Source: an uncultured Nitrospiraceae bacterium (GTDB lineage: Bacteria; Nitrospirota; Nitrospiria; Nitrospirales; Nitrospiraceae). Taken from it: a stretch of DNA of 64,000 bases. This document shows, piece after piece, positions 41,252 through 51,912 of the stretch; position 1 is the first letter of the stretch; each line of letters begins with the position of its first letter. The notes under the pieces were generated by a model. That model was not told the DNA's origin. It was given only the letters and a program-made list of their open reading frames with translations, and ran no database searches. Location: the NCBI GenBank assembly GCA_963706325.1, contig CAVPLT010000002.1, forward strand, positions 96,001-160,000, in the 5' to 3' direction. The position numbers were made by a program, and so were the translations under genes.

Positions 41252-42601
41252 ATGGAGCGATTGCGTCGATCAGTTGCCCGTTTCATACAGGCCGAGCCGC
41301 AGGAACTGCGGCCGTTGGCCTGGTCATTCGGCTATTTCTTCTGCCTCCTCTGTGGGTACTACATTCTTCGTCCTGTACGCGACGAAATGGCCATTCAGGG
41401 CGGTGTCCACAATCTGCCTTGGATGATGACCGGCACGTTTGTGACTCTGCTGGCGGTGACGCCTTTGTTCGGCTGGCTGTCGGCTCGCTATTCTCGCCAC
41501 CGTCTTCTGCTCGCGGTCTACGGTTTCTTCATCGTGAATCTCATCGCCTTATATTTCCTGATGACGAGTCAACTGTACATCGAGTGGGTCGCGCGCGGTT
41601 TCTTCGTCTGGCTCTCGGTGTTCAACCTTTTCGTGGTGTCGATCTTCTGGAGCTTCATGGCTGATCTCTTCACGCCGGCGCAGGGCGCGCGCCTCTTTGG
41701 CGTGATTGCGGCAGGCGGAAGTACCGGCGCGTTGTTCGGTCCCCTGCTCACTACCGGCCTGACCTATCTGCTCCCGGTTCCTGTGCTCATGCTGGTCTCG
41801 GCCGTCTTTTTGTCTGCCTGCACTGGATGCATCTACAAACTGGAGGCCTGGAGTCGCACTCGGTCCCTGTCTCATGAGGAGAATATCGGGGAACCATTGG
41901 GCGGCCAGCTGCTGGCTGGCATTCGCTTGGTGTGGGCGTCGTCCTATTTGCTCGGTATCTGCGGATATCTCTCGCTCCTGACCATGACGGCCACGTTCCT
42001 CTATCTCGAACAGGTGCGTTTAGTGGCCGAACATTTCTCGACGCCGGAAGCCCGAACGCGTTTGTTCTCGACGTTGGATTTTGCCACCAATGTCCTCACG
42101 TGGCTGACCCAGATCCTCATCACGAACCGACTGGTCGGCCGGTTTGGTTTGATCGCTCCGCTGCTGTTTCTTCCGCTCCTCAGTCTGGTCGGTTTCCTAG
42201 GCATTGCCCTGTGGCCAGGACTGGCGATGTATGTGAGTTTTTCCGTCCTGCGGCGAGTCGGGGAGTATGCGTTATCGAAACCGGCTCGCGAGGTGCTGTT
42301 CACGGTGGTCAGTCGCGAAGAAAAATACAAGGCGAAGAATTTCATCGACACGGCCGTTTCGCGCGGAGGCGACGCCTCTACCGGATGGTTGGTATCTGGA
42401 ATCAAACTCCTCGGTGTGACCACAACCCAGATGGCCTGGGTCCTCATCCCGCTCATGTTGCTTTGGGCCTGGCTGGGCCGCTGGCTTGCCGCCTCCCACA
42501 GTGCGCAGGTTCGCAAGTGTTTTCCTTATGCACTCTCTCACGAGAACCGGCTGGACGGGAGGGAGGCTCTCTTTGACTCGCAAAAAAATCGCATGGTATA
42601 G
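41252..42601 (+). CDS. NTT/ATP-ADP translocase-like MFS transporter
   Basis: YYILRPVRDEM, FWSFMADLF, KPAREVLFTVV, KYKAKNFIDT. Confidence 0.88.
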   Translation: MERLRRSVARFIQAEPQELRPLAWSFGYFFCLLCGYYILRPVRDEMAIQGGVHNLPWMMTGTFVTLLAVTPLFGWLSARYSRHRLLLAVYGFFIVNLIALYFLMTSQLYIEWVARGFFVWLSVFNLFVVSIFWSFMADLFTPAQGARLFGVIAAGGSTGALFGPLLTTGLTYLLPVPVLMLVSAVFLSACTGCIYKLEAWSRTRSLSHEENIGEPLGGQLLAGIRLVWASSYLLGICGYLSLLTMTATFLYLEQVRLVAEHFSTPEARTRLFSTLDFATNVLTWLTQILITNRLVGRFGLIAPLLFLPLLSLVGFLGIALWPGLAMYVSFSVLRRVGEYALSKPAREVLFTVVSREEKYKAKNFIDTAVSRGGDASTGWLVSGIKLLGVTTTQMAWVLIPLMLLWAWLGRWLAASHSAQVRKCFPYALSHENRLDGREALFDSQKNRMV

Positions 42602-42711
42602 TCCTGCCCGGCAGCAATCAGTCGGGTATTTCAGTCATCTATCGTTGGGACATGGGCGGATTGTCGCCGCGCCAAGGTCCCCCACTCACCAGATTACTAC
42701 ACAGGAACACC

Positions 42712-44076
42712 ATGGTTGAAGTTCCGGTTAAAATGTATCTCGATAAGTTATTGAAATTGTCTCGGGAAGCTGTGCGCCCGTTCGCTCTCATATCGGGTCC
42801 CGTGCGGGACAGGGCCTTGCGAGCAATGGCGACGAATCTCGCGGAGGCGGAAGAGGCCATCTTGGCCGCCAACGAGAAAGATGTGGATGCGGTCGGAAAA
42901 TCGATGGCCGGATATGAAAATCGAGAACGCGTACGGGACGCGGTGGCGCGAGTTCGCATGACAGCTGATGACGTGAAGGCGATGGTGGATCGACTGCACC
43001 GAATCGCCGACCTGCCCGATCCTCTCGGCGAGGTTATGGGTCGTCACGATGAGTCCAATGGGCTTCAGGTCAGTCGCGTTCGTATTCCGATCGGGGTCAT
43101 CGGTATTGTCTCTGAATTGGCGCCGCTGGAGACGATCGACGCGCTGGCACTCTGCTTGAAATCGGGCAATGTGTGCGTCTTTCGCGGCTCACCCGATTGG
43201 ACGTTGACTCAGCAGACCATCGCCGAGTGCTTGAACCGTGCGACTGCAGATGCAGGTATTCCCTCCGGCGCCTGCACCATCATCGACCGTCCGGAGAAAG
43301 AGGCGGCGCTGGAGCTGATCAAATCGGGAAAGGCATTGGACGCGATCATTCCCCGCGGTGGCGCCGGGCTCCGAAAGGTCGTTCAAGAACAGGCCAAGAT
43401 GCCGATCTTGTGTCATGACGGCGGCATTACCCATGTCTATATCGACGACGACGTGGAGATTCCACTCGCGCAAAACATTGTGGTGAATTCGAAGGTACAG
43501 CTGCCGGCTGCGGCCAACGCGCTGGATACGCTGCTAGTCCATCAGGGTATCGCGAGACCGCTTTTGTCGGCGCTGATTCTTCGATTGCTCGACGAATTCA
43601 AGATCGATGTGTACGGCTGTCCGAAGACCGTGTCATTGATGGGGCAGATGCTCATGACGGGCCACAAGGCCGTCAAACCGGCCCAAGATCAGGATTGGAA
43701 CAAACAGTTCCAAGGTCCGAGCATGGCCATCAAAATGGTGTCGAGTTTCGATGAAGCCCTGGACCACATCGCGAAGCATGGGCCAAGCCACACCTGCGTC
43801 ATCGTTACGAAATCATATGACTCTGCCATGCGCTTCACGAAGGAGGTCGACGCAGGGACCGTTCTGGTCAACGCTTCCTCGCGATTGAACGCAGGTGACA
43901 GCCTGGGCCTGGGTGCCGATGTCGGATTGAGTTCAACTCGGCAGCATGCGCGAGGACCGATCGGCCTCGAACAACTCACGTGCGAAAAGTATGTCGTCTT
44001 CGGCAGCGGGCAACTACGGCATCCGCATCCGGTGCCGCTGGCCTATGAAGACGCCATCATGCTGAAAAGGCCGTAA
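42712..44076 (+). CDS. proA: Gamma-glutamyl phosphate reductase-like protein lacking the catalytic Cys
   Basis: RIPIGVIGI, KSGN, IIPRGG, VNASSR, HARGPIGLEQLT; PAAANALDTLLVH replaces PxxCNAxETLLVH. Confidence 0.8.
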   Translation: MVEVPVKMYLDKLLKLSREAVRPFALISGPVRDRALRAMATNLAEAEEAILAANEKDVDAVGKSMAGYENRERVRDAVARVRMTADDVKAMVDRLHRIADLPDPLGEVMGRHDESNGLQVSRVRIPIGVIGIVSELAPLETIDALALCLKSGNVCVFRGSPDWTLTQQTIAECLNRATADAGIPSGACTIIDRPEKEAALELIKSGKALDAIIPRGGAGLRKVVQEQAKMPILCHDGGITHVYIDDDVEIPLAQNIVVNSKVQLPAAANALDTLLVHQGIARPLLSALILRLLDEFKIDVYGCPKTVSLMGQMLMTGHKAVKPAQDQDWNKQFQGPSMAIKMVSSFDEALDHIAKHGPSHTCVIVTKSYDSAMRFTKEVDAGTVLVNASSRLNAGDSLGLGADVGLSSTRQHARGPIGLEQLTCEKYVVFGSGQLRHPHPVPLAYEDAIMLKRP

Positions 44077-44114
44077 GGCGTGAAACGTGAAGCGTATCTC
44101 GTTGAGAGGACTCT

Positions 44115-45338
44115 GTGCCTTGCGATACGAATGACGAGCTACAAGCGTCGCTTCACGATCACTTAGCTTGGTGGGGGCTTCGGCATGTTGAGTCCGACGC
44201 CGCCTATTTCTCATGGCAACGAGAAGTTTTGACTCCGCAAGAAGTTGCGACGCTCCACCAACACATCGAAGCCAAGCGACTGCCGACCGCCGGTCCCTCC
44301 GCTGAAATCGCCTTCTACGATCTGACGGCCCAGCCCCGATCGGTGCCTGCCCTCTACAGTCAGCGATACGAATATTATCTCCAGGTCGGATCACGCGTCG
44401 CGCGCCATCTGCACGATGCGACATCCGTGCTCGATGTCGGCTGCGGGATCGGCATCCTCACCACGTTTTATGCGCAACAGCATCCGAACTGTACCGTGCT
44501 CGGGGTGGACCGTTCACCGGCCTCCATCGATCTCGCCCGGCAGCGGGGACAGACGCTGGGACTCACGAATCTGCGCTTTGACTGTCTGGATGTCGATCAG
44601 CAGGCGTTCGCCGGCGAGGTTGATGTGATTATTGCGACGCACACGTTGCTGCAGGCCGAGCAGGACCCCGGTCTGCCCAGTCGCGACTGGAGCACCTTCG
44701 AGCGTTCGGCCGATGCGAAGGCCCAGCAGCAGTTTGAGGAGAGAACCGGTTTAGGTGTTCGGCTTGATCGCCTCCGCGCCGGGTTGACGACGCAAGGTCG
44801 AGTGATCGTATTCGAAAAGACCAGGCAACTGGCCCGACGCGTGCCGTTTCAACGGGCACTGGCCGCGCGGGGCCTACACATGCTCACGCCGCCAGAGCCT
44901 GTGCGGTATCGACTGGTGGAGGAAGTGACGGACGACGGACCCTTGTATGCGCTTAGTGTCAAACTTCCCGAAACGGTTCTGGGGTGGGATGAATTACCGG
45001 AGCCGGCTGAGGCCCCGACGTTCGATCTCGAGAAGCCTCGATCGGTTCGCGCCCAAGGAGAGGAACCTCTGTATGAAAACCATGCAAGTTCTGCGGAACA
45101 GGCATGGATGAAGTTGCCGGATAAGCAGGTGCTGGAGCAGGCCACTCACGAAGACTCGGATGGCCGGCAATTACATGTGGAAAGGGGAAGGGCAGCGGGT
45201 TTGCACTATCTCTATTGCGCGAATACCTATGATCAACGTCAACTCGTGATCATTGAACCGGCTCGCGCCGCCGTGCTGGAAACATACTATCGCGAGGTCA
45301 CCAGCGATATACAGAACAATGCCACGGGGCGCTCGTGA
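44115..45338 (+). CDS. Class I SAM-dependent methyltransferase
   Basis: VLDVGCGIG, LGVDRS. Confidence 0.82.
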   Translation: MPCDTNDELQASLHDHLAWWGLRHVESDAAYFSWQREVLTPQEVATLHQHIEAKRLPTAGPSAEIAFYDLTAQPRSVPALYSQRYEYYLQVGSRVARHLHDATSVLDVGCGIGILTTFYAQQHPNCTVLGVDRSPASIDLARQRGQTLGLTNLRFDCLDVDQQAFAGEVDVIIATHTLLQAEQDPGLPSRDWSTFERSADAKAQQQFEERTGLGVRLDRLRAGLTTQGRVIVFEKTRQLARRVPFQRALAARGLHMLTPPEPVRYRLVEEVTDDGPLYALSVKLPETVLGWDELPEPAEAPTFDLEKPRSVRAQGEEPLYENHASSAEQAWMKLPDKQVLEQATHEDSDGRQLHVERGRAAGLHYLYCANTYDQRQLVIIEPARAAVLETYYREVTSDIQNNATGRS

Positions 45339-45340
45339 CC

Positions 45341-46186
45341 ATGTCTTCCACTGATCAGCCTGAACCCTCCGGGGTGACCGAGTCGGAAGTGGTAGGTATC
45401 GTGCCTGCCGCAGGACTCGCGAAGAGACTACAGCCCTTTCCTGGCAGCAAGGAGGTGTTTCCGGTCGGCTTCGCGATCGATAAGGACACCGGGATGCCTC
45501 GCCCCAAAGTGGCGGCGCACTATCTGCTGGAAAAATTCCGGGCTGCCGGCATCACTAGGGCCTACGTCGTGATTCGTGACGGCAAGTGGGACATTCCAAA
45601 TTACTTTCGCGACGGCCGTTTGGTGGATCTATCGCTTGCCTATATCGTCATTCCAGGATCACTGGGCGCCCCCGACACCATCGACCGTGCCTATCCCTTT
45701 CTCGAAGAGAAGCGCGTGGCATTCGGTTTCCCCGATATTCTCTTCGGTCCTGACGATGCCTATCGACAGCTCATCGAGACGCAGGAGCGGACCCGTGCCG
45801 AGGTGGTACTGGGGTTGCATCGGGTCTACAATCATCGAGTCTGGGACATGGTCGATTGCAAAGCCGATGGTCGTGTAAGGAGTATCGTCATGAAGCCGGT
45901 TTCGACGATCTTGACCCACGGCTGGTGTTGCGCAGTCTGGACGCCGGTTTTTTCGACCTTCCTGCATCGCTTCCTTCGCGCAGACGACACCCGTCGCAAG
46001 TTGGGAAAGCTGGCGAGCAAGGCCAACGATCTCGGCGGAGACCTCGCGATGGGTGTCGTGCTGCAGGCTGCCCTCAAAGAAGGGTTGCCGGTGCAGAGCG
46101 TGATCTTCCCCCACGATACATACATCGACATCGGGACGCCTGAAGACCTCCTCAAGGCTGTGCGTCAATTTCAGCCGCCGGAATGA
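45341..46186 (+). CDS. Sugar-phosphate nucleotidyltransferase (dTDP-glucose pyrophosphorylase-like)
   Basis: GIVPAAGLAKRLQPFPGSKE, FGFPD, YIDIGTPEDL. Confidence 0.88.
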   Translation: MSSTDQPEPSGVTESEVVGIVPAAGLAKRLQPFPGSKEVFPVGFAIDKDTGMPRPKVAAHYLLEKFRAAGITRAYVVIRDGKWDIPNYFRDGRLVDLSLAYIVIPGSLGAPDTIDRAYPFLEEKRVAFGFPDILFGPDDAYRQLIETQERTRAEVVLGLHRVYNHRVWDMVDCKADGRVRSIVMKPVSTILTHGWCCAVWTPVFSTFLHRFLRADDTRRKLGKLASKANDLGGDLAMGVVLQAALKEGLPVQSVIFPHDTYIDIGTPEDLLKAVRQFQPPE

Positions 46187-46198
46187 GGCTCGGCACAT

Positions 46199-49100
46199 TT
46201 AGGGATAGGTCGCGAGGAGTCTTTCGACGGCCTGTAGGTGTGTTTCTCCTTCCTTGGCCTTGAACTGTCGTCGACAGGCAGCACAGAGGCGGAGGCGACC
46301 GGCGATCGAACGCACGTCCCGATCTTCATTGTAAAAAAATGGACAGTCGGCAGGCCCGACACCACGGCGATGGGGCGTGAGGTCTGCCACGACCGCCGCC
46401 GCCAAGTGGGCCATCATCCGTTCGACGGTGCAGTCCTTCTCGTTCAGGTGTTCCAGCACCCCGAAGGTCGAGGCCACGAACAGCGCGTCCCGTCGCCAGA
46501 AATAGAGGTTCCTCGCCGTCCTGCTCCTGAGCGGAAAATTGATCATACACACGAGCTTGTCCACACCCAATTCCTTGGGCTTGGCCTTCAGTCGATCGTA
46601 GAGTGTTTCCGCGACGACAAATGCCTGGTTATTATCTTGTTCGCGTCGCCAGGTTCCGATCGGCGCCGGGAATGACACGGTCTCGAAGGAGTAGATGTTC
46701 TGCGCTTGCGTAAGACGATCACAAATTTCCGGCAAGTGAGGAATCATGCGATGGGCGTTCCACATGCCGATTTTGATCCGGTCTTGCATCGCGCGCCGGC
46801 GTCGCCGTACCGTGGCGGTGCGTGTTCGCTCATACTCGGCTGCCGCCCGAGGCAGACAGAGGCGCTGAGCCGGATTCCGCGCAAACACCACGGGCACGGC
46901 CCAATCGATGGCCTCTCCAGAAATCGAATAATTGACTGCCACACGTGCCTCACGGGCGGCGTCGCCGATGGTTTGGCCCATGGCTAGGGCCCAGTAGAAA
47001 TGGCGCGAAAAGGAGGTCGCCGAGACATCCAAAACCGGATACTGGTTGGCGACGACAGCCGGCACGCCACCGGCGATCAGAGCCTGAGCAACGCCGCGGC
47101 TGAAATCCTCCCGTCCCCCTCGCCCGGTCTCGCAGGCATTCAGGCAGACCAGGCGAATGCCGCGCCTGCATAGGATCTGCCGGAGGGTCGAAGAATCCAA
47201 CTCCTGCACGCCGCCATCCGCGTTCTCAAAGACGAGGTACCCGCAGTCTTCCTGCTCCCGATATTCACCATGACCGATGAAATGCAGAATATCGAACGGT
47301 TCACTGGAGGACTCAAGCGTCCGATGCAACAGCTCGGGCGTGGCATCAAGCAGGAGTTGGACTTCAGCCAGATTCGCATCAAGCAAGCGGCGGAATCCGC
47401 TACGGATAACATCAGCTTCCTCCTCAACAGAAAGTTTGGCGAGCCCCAGCGGTTGGGCGACGACCACGAGAATACGCATGGGACCGCCCCGGGCTGGAAT
47501 ACGTTCGGCGGGAATAGCGGTGAGGACATTGCGCGTGAAGTTCACTTCTTCGAGCGCAAGGAACGTCCGGCGATCGGGATCATAGACGAATTCCCAGGCT
47601 TGGTCGGCAATCCAATCGATATCCGAGGTAAAGATGAGGTTGAGCCGTTGACTCGTCTGTTCGGATCGCGCCGCATCGTAAAGTCGCCGTACTTGGCCTG
47701 GAAACAGCGCCTTGAACAAGGCTACTCCGAATTGTTGGAGATCATGCTCACCAGGCAGAGCCGGAAACTTTGGATTGCCCTGAATGTACCCCTGAATATG
47801 GTCCTGTGCGGTCTTGATCTGCTGCCATTGAACATCGCCTTTGTCGCCCCTCGATCGTGTGTGTGATGAGCCCTTCTCGGGCCGGGTCCGCAAAGTCTCC
47901 ATCACACGCGCGTTCCGGAAGGTGGCGATAAGCTCCGCTACCTGGTCATCCGGATGCGAATCGACCAGGGCAATCTGAAACACATCATCCGGTTCGGGAC
48001 TTTGAGTGAGGGAGACTGCGACGGGGAGGATTCGAGCGGCCGGCACTGCCTGGGCTGTCGCCATGGCTGGAGCCGGCGAGGACGTGGCCGCCATGCTGGG
48101 CCGCCCGTCTACAGGAACGGCGCTGCGGCGCCTACCGGACGGCAAGTCTTGCTCGATGACAATCGATGTAGCCGGATGCGACTGTCCGCGCAGGGCGCGA
48201 ACCAAAAAATCCACCGTGCCGGGATCCTCAAAGAAGTTCACGTGATTGACCGGCTTGTGCTGCGAGAGGTTCCCGCCTAATCCAAAGCAACCGACGCGAT
48301 CTCCTGGAATCGTGACCGCAGCCCCGCTCCCCGCGTCCACACGCCAGCCGCCTTCCGTCGGCACGACGAGATCGTTGGCCGACGTAAAAAATAGATCGGC
48401 CCCCGCGTCGATGATGCGCTGCAGTACGGTGGTGTCGGGCTCGAAGTTCGCGACCAGCGCCGAATAAGCTTGGTTCGAAGGGCCCGGCGACGCCTGCAAG
48501 AGGCGAATGATATCGCCCTTGTTATCCATCGAGGCCAGGCCGGGTAATCCGCCGACGATGCGATGGGCGATCCACGACAGGGCTTCACTGACGAATTCCA
48601 TGCCTGTTGTGAACGGGTTCTCGGGGAACAGCTCCAATACATTAGACAGCCAGTTGGTGTACTGAGTGACATGGTCCGGCGAAGCCAGGGGTGTCCCTTC
48701 ATTCGGACTCGCGACGAGCACGGCTCGGCCAATGACAAATCGATCGGCCAGCGGACCAAAAAGATCCCGGCGTTCAACCAGGTGGCGCAGGACCAAGCCG
48801 CCGCGCGAATGCGTGATGACGTCAAAGGTCGTCGGGCGATCGGGCAAGGCGTCGAGCAACATCCGTACATTATCCTGGGGGGTACGGCTCAGGGTGAAAT
48901 GATCGAAGCCATAGATGCGATTGCCGTATACGTCCTGCAGTTCTTCAAAGAATCCTTTGCCGTTGCTGCCCTGTGTAAGCGCCAGCCCGTGAAAGGCCGC
49001 TTTCGTGCTGGAAAACGTGCCGTGAAGAAAGAGGAGATTCCGTTCAGATGTAGTTAGCGTCTTCAGATCTGCGGCGGGCAGGTTCGGTTCTTCACCGAGT

Positions 49101-49651
49101 CCCGCGGCGGTTACGGCTAGCCACCCTTCACGTTGTTTTTTGAGTTTCCACGTTGCGGTTTCCCAGAGTAACGCAAGCTTCGAGAGGGCAAAGTCGGCGA
49201 TCTTGCCCGCGATCTTAAGGACCACGGTTTTAATAGCCGCGCTGATAAACCCGCGGCGGCCATCCGCGTCGACGAGAGGAGCCGCCGGCACGGGAATCAG
49301 AAAGCGGTAAATTCTTCGCGCGCCTCGCCGCATGCCGCGGCGAGCGGGTTCCGTCGGCATATGAAAGCGAATTGCCCCGGAGGCGTACCGTGTCATCACC
49401 ACGTATGCTTCATCGGGGCTGCCTTCCACGTCCAGGGTGAGCGGGGCCGGCGCCGCTTCGCCCCGCCGTGCCTTGGGCGTGGCCACAAGAGTCTGTTCGA
49501 CCTCCCAGCGGCTGGTTGCCGTCAGATGGGCTACGAAGGGATCCGGTGCTGCCGCTGCTGCGCGGCGCCCTGCGCGAACCGGCCCTGCAGCACGCACGTC
49601 CCATCCTTCCGCCGTCGACCAGGTGACCTTGCCTGATTTTTTCTGCGCCAT
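46199..49651 (-). CDS. Alpha/beta-hydrolase + CHAT (caspase-like) + zincin-like fusion protein
   Basis: LHGTFSS, THSRGG, NDLVVP and NH (lipase triad); ILHFIGHG and CLNACETG (CHAT dyad); C-terminal AHL...H...CPF...LCAAC. Confidence 0.85.
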   Translation of the reverse strand: MAQKKSGKVTWSTAEGWDVRAAGPVRAGRRAAAAAPDPFVAHLTATSRWEVEQTLVATPKARRGEAAPAPLTLDVEGSPDEAYVVMTRYASGAIRFHMPTEPARRGMRRGARRIYRFLIPVPAAPLVDADGRRGFISAAIKTVVLKIAGKIADFALSKLALLWETATWKLKKQREGWLAVTAAGLGEEPNLPAADLKTLTTSERNLLFLHGTFSSTKAAFHGLALTQGSNGKGFFEELQDVYGNRIYGFDHFTLSRTPQDNVRMLLDALPDRPTTFDVITHSRGGLVLRHLVERRDLFGPLADRFVIGRAVLVASPNEGTPLASPDHVTQYTNWLSNVLELFPENPFTTGMEFVSEALSWIAHRIVGGLPGLASMDNKGDIIRLLQASPGPSNQAYSALVANFEPDTTVLQRIIDAGADLFFTSANDLVVPTEGGWRVDAGSGAAVTIPGDRVGCFGLGGNLSQHKPVNHVNFFEDPGTVDFLVRALRGQSHPATSIVIEQDLPSGRRRSAVPVDGRPSMAATSSPAPAMATAQAVPAARILPVAVSLTQSPEPDDVFQIALVDSHPDDQVAELIATFRNARVMETLRTRPEKGSSHTRSRGDKGDVQWQQIKTAQDHIQGYIQGNPKFPALPGEHDLQQFGVALFKALFPGQVRRLYDAARSEQTSQRLNLIFTSDIDWIADQAWEFVYDPDRRTFLALEEVNFTRNVLTAIPAERIPARGGPMRILVVVAQPLGLAKLSVEEEADVIRSGFRRLLDANLAEVQLLLDATPELLHRTLESSSEPFDILHFIGHGEYREQEDCGYLVFENADGGVQELDSSTLRQILCRRGIRLVCLNACETGRGGREDFSRGVAQALIAGGVPAVVANQYPVLDVSATSFSRHFYWALAMGQTIGDAAREARVAVNYSISGEAIDWAVPVVFARNPAQRLCLPRAAAEYERTRTATVRRRRRAMQDRIKIGMWNAHRMIPHLPEICDRLTQAQNIYSFETVSFPAPIGTWRREQDNNQAFVVAETLYDRLKAKPKELGVDKLVCMINFPLRSRTARNLYFWRRDALFVASTFGVLEHLNEKDCTVERMMAHLAAAVVADLTPHRRGVGPADCPFFYNEDRDVRSIAGRLRLCAACRRQFKAKEGETHLQAVERLLATYP

Positions 49652-50357
49652 GATCTGCCCCCAAGTTTGTCAGTATGACTGATGCGATTCTGTTGTTAGG
49701 TCGCATTGCGAATCGTTCGCATCTCGATCCGCAGTGCGTCACACAACATGATCCCGACCCCACCTCCGTGAGATTCGTGGCCAATCGGGCTCGCCGCGCT
49801 TATCCCACAATGGGAGAAATCAGGCAAGCCTTTCCTAAAGAGTTTTCGAAATCTAGGTATGTTATCGCCAGGAATGATGGTGGGCAGTGCATGCGGGAGA
49901 AGCAGACTGATCGACCCGGTGGAACCAGGCGGAAACTGCGGTGAGCTCAGTCTTCCATAGACTGTTGAGTGACCACCTGGTCGTCCGAGACGAAAACGAC
50001 GGACCTCTCGAGCCGTACGATGTGATTGATGATCACGAATTCCGATCAGCGGGCTACCATGGCCGTTGGTCTTCTACGATCAACTGTACCTCATGAGCCT
50101 GTGCGCTCGTGCTTCGGTGGGCTTCCCGACATGCGGCAATCGCCGCAACGGGCTGTCGGCGGCGTCTCACCCGTTTATATCCAGTCGGCCGCTAGCCTTC
50201 ATGATCAGGAACCCTCAGCGAGGTCTTGAGCATCGAAGCGCGCGCATCTAAAGGTAGGCGAAGGCGACCAGTACGTCTGCTGCATGATAGGTAGGGACAT
50301 AGCGAGGGCCGACGGTATACCTATACAGACAACGTGACGGGTTGGCTGAGCGGCCGC

Positions 50358-51098
50358 CTATGGACATCCGCTCGCACAATTTCCGCCATGCAAAGCCTGT
50401 GTTGTGGTCATGTTCATGCGCAAGGATTCATCGACGGACAGCCGAAAATTGGTTTTGAGCGCGTCCGTGGCAAGGATCGGCCGGCCTTCGAACAATGACT
50501 GAGGTTCACTGAGAAAGGGCCCGATAGCCATGGCCTGACTGAGGCCGGCGATATGGGATTGATGAGTCTTTACGCTTTCCTGAACCGGTCCGATGAGGCT
50601 CGAAGTCCTATCGCGCGGAGTGATGATACTCTCGGGCAGAATCGTTCGTGTTTGAAGGACCTGCCTCTTTCCATTATAACTGAAAGCCGGTACCCTCATG
50701 ACAGTGATAGATTTACTAGACCCCTTGCCGACAGACCTAACCAGAGCTTGATTGATTACAGTATTCCTGCGAAATGACTGGCTCCAGCAGGTATTCCCGC
50801 TACCTATCCATTGGTTGGAACGGGTGCTTCTCAAGAGTGGTGCGGCTTCCAGAACCAAAGCAGGCAAGAGGTCTCGCTGAACGGTTAAGGTCAGCGGTAA
50901 CGAGGTATCCTTCCAACTCGTGATGCCTTCGATGGCGCCGCTGCGGGACATCTCAACTGACTGACAATCAGCCGGTGAGGCCAGAGCCGCAGGGGCGGCC
51001 AGACCCATGAGCAAGGTGACACCGACGAGTGCCGGAATGATCCGAGATACATGTTCGAGCTCACTGGGCTGCGCATGCTGTTGGAATTGAGGCGTCAT
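50358..51098 (-). CDS. Exported hypothetical protein
   Basis: AAGGAGG SD and a signal peptide ending ALA; 246 aa. Confidence 0.6.
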   Translation of the reverse strand: MTPQFQQHAQPSELEHVSRIIPALVGVTLLMGLAAPAALASPADCQSVEMSRSGAIEGITSWKDTSLPLTLTVQRDLLPALVLEAAPLLRSTRSNQWIGSGNTCWSQSFRRNTVINQALVRSVGKGSSKSITVMRVPAFSYNGKRQVLQTRTILPESIITPRDRTSSLIGPVQESVKTHQSHIAGLSQAMAIGPFLSEPQSLFEGRPILATDALKTNFRLSVDESLRMNMTTTQALHGGNCASGCP

Positions 51099-51276
51099 GG
51101 AAGCCTCCTTTCTCCTCTAATCGTCTGTGTCAATTAGACACGACATCCGCGCCGCCGGGGATAAGTCAGGGCCCAATTCCCGTGCCGGATGTTATGCGAG
51201 GCATGTGTGGGATCTTCCCTACAGGCGGTAGAGAGCCGAGAGGCTGTGGAGAAAAGATATGAGAAAAAAGAGGGCC

Positions 51277-51912
51277 TTACACGATTAAACGATGTTCGAG
51301 CGCGTAGCGGGTGAGGTCTGCGGTCGATTTGAGATGAAGTTTTTCCACAATACGGGCTCGGTAGGTACTCACGCTCTTCACACTCAAGGAAAGCTCCTCG
51401 GCGATATTCGTGACGGTTTTTCCGTGAGCAATCAAGCCCAGAACCTGAAATTCCCTGTCGGATAACTTTGTATGCGGAGGCTGGTTGGCATCTCCTTGCT
51501 GGAGTTGAGTGGCGAGCAGATCAGCGACAGAAGGACGTATATACTTCCCGCCACCCATGATTTTTCGAATCGCCTGGACCAACTCCTCGGGAATGCTCTC
51601 TTTGGTCAGATACCCGGCGGCTCCGGCCCGCAGAACGCGTACCGCGAATTGGTCTTCCGGATGCATACTCAACACGAGGACAGGAATTTCAGGGTGACCC
51701 GCCTTCAGCTCATGGAGGGCGTCCAGTCCGCTTCTGCCGGGCATCGTCAGGTCCAGCACGATGACATTCCATCGATGCTTACCTGCTTGTTCGAGCAGTT
51801 CCGGGGCAGTGGAAGCCTCCCCAATCATGACGCCCGGGAATTCATCGGTCAGCACTTGGGTCACCCCTCGGCGCACAAAGGGATGATCATCGGCGATCAG
51901 TATCCGTATCAT
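51277..51912 (-). CDS. NarL/LuxR-family response regulator
   Basis: ILIADDH, VLDLTMPG, GYLTK, LSDREFQVL...LSVKSVSTYR. Confidence 0.96.
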   Translation of the reverse strand: MIRILIADDHPFVRRGVTQVLTDEFPGVMIGEASTAPELLEQAGKHRWNVIVLDLTMPGRSGLDALHELKAGHPEIPVLVLSMHPEDQFAVRVLRAGAAGYLTKESIPEELVQAIRKIMGGGKYIRPSVADLLATQLQQGDANQPPHTKLSDREFQVLGLIAHGKTVTNIAEELSLSVKSVSTYRARIVEKLHLKSTADLTRYALEHRLIV

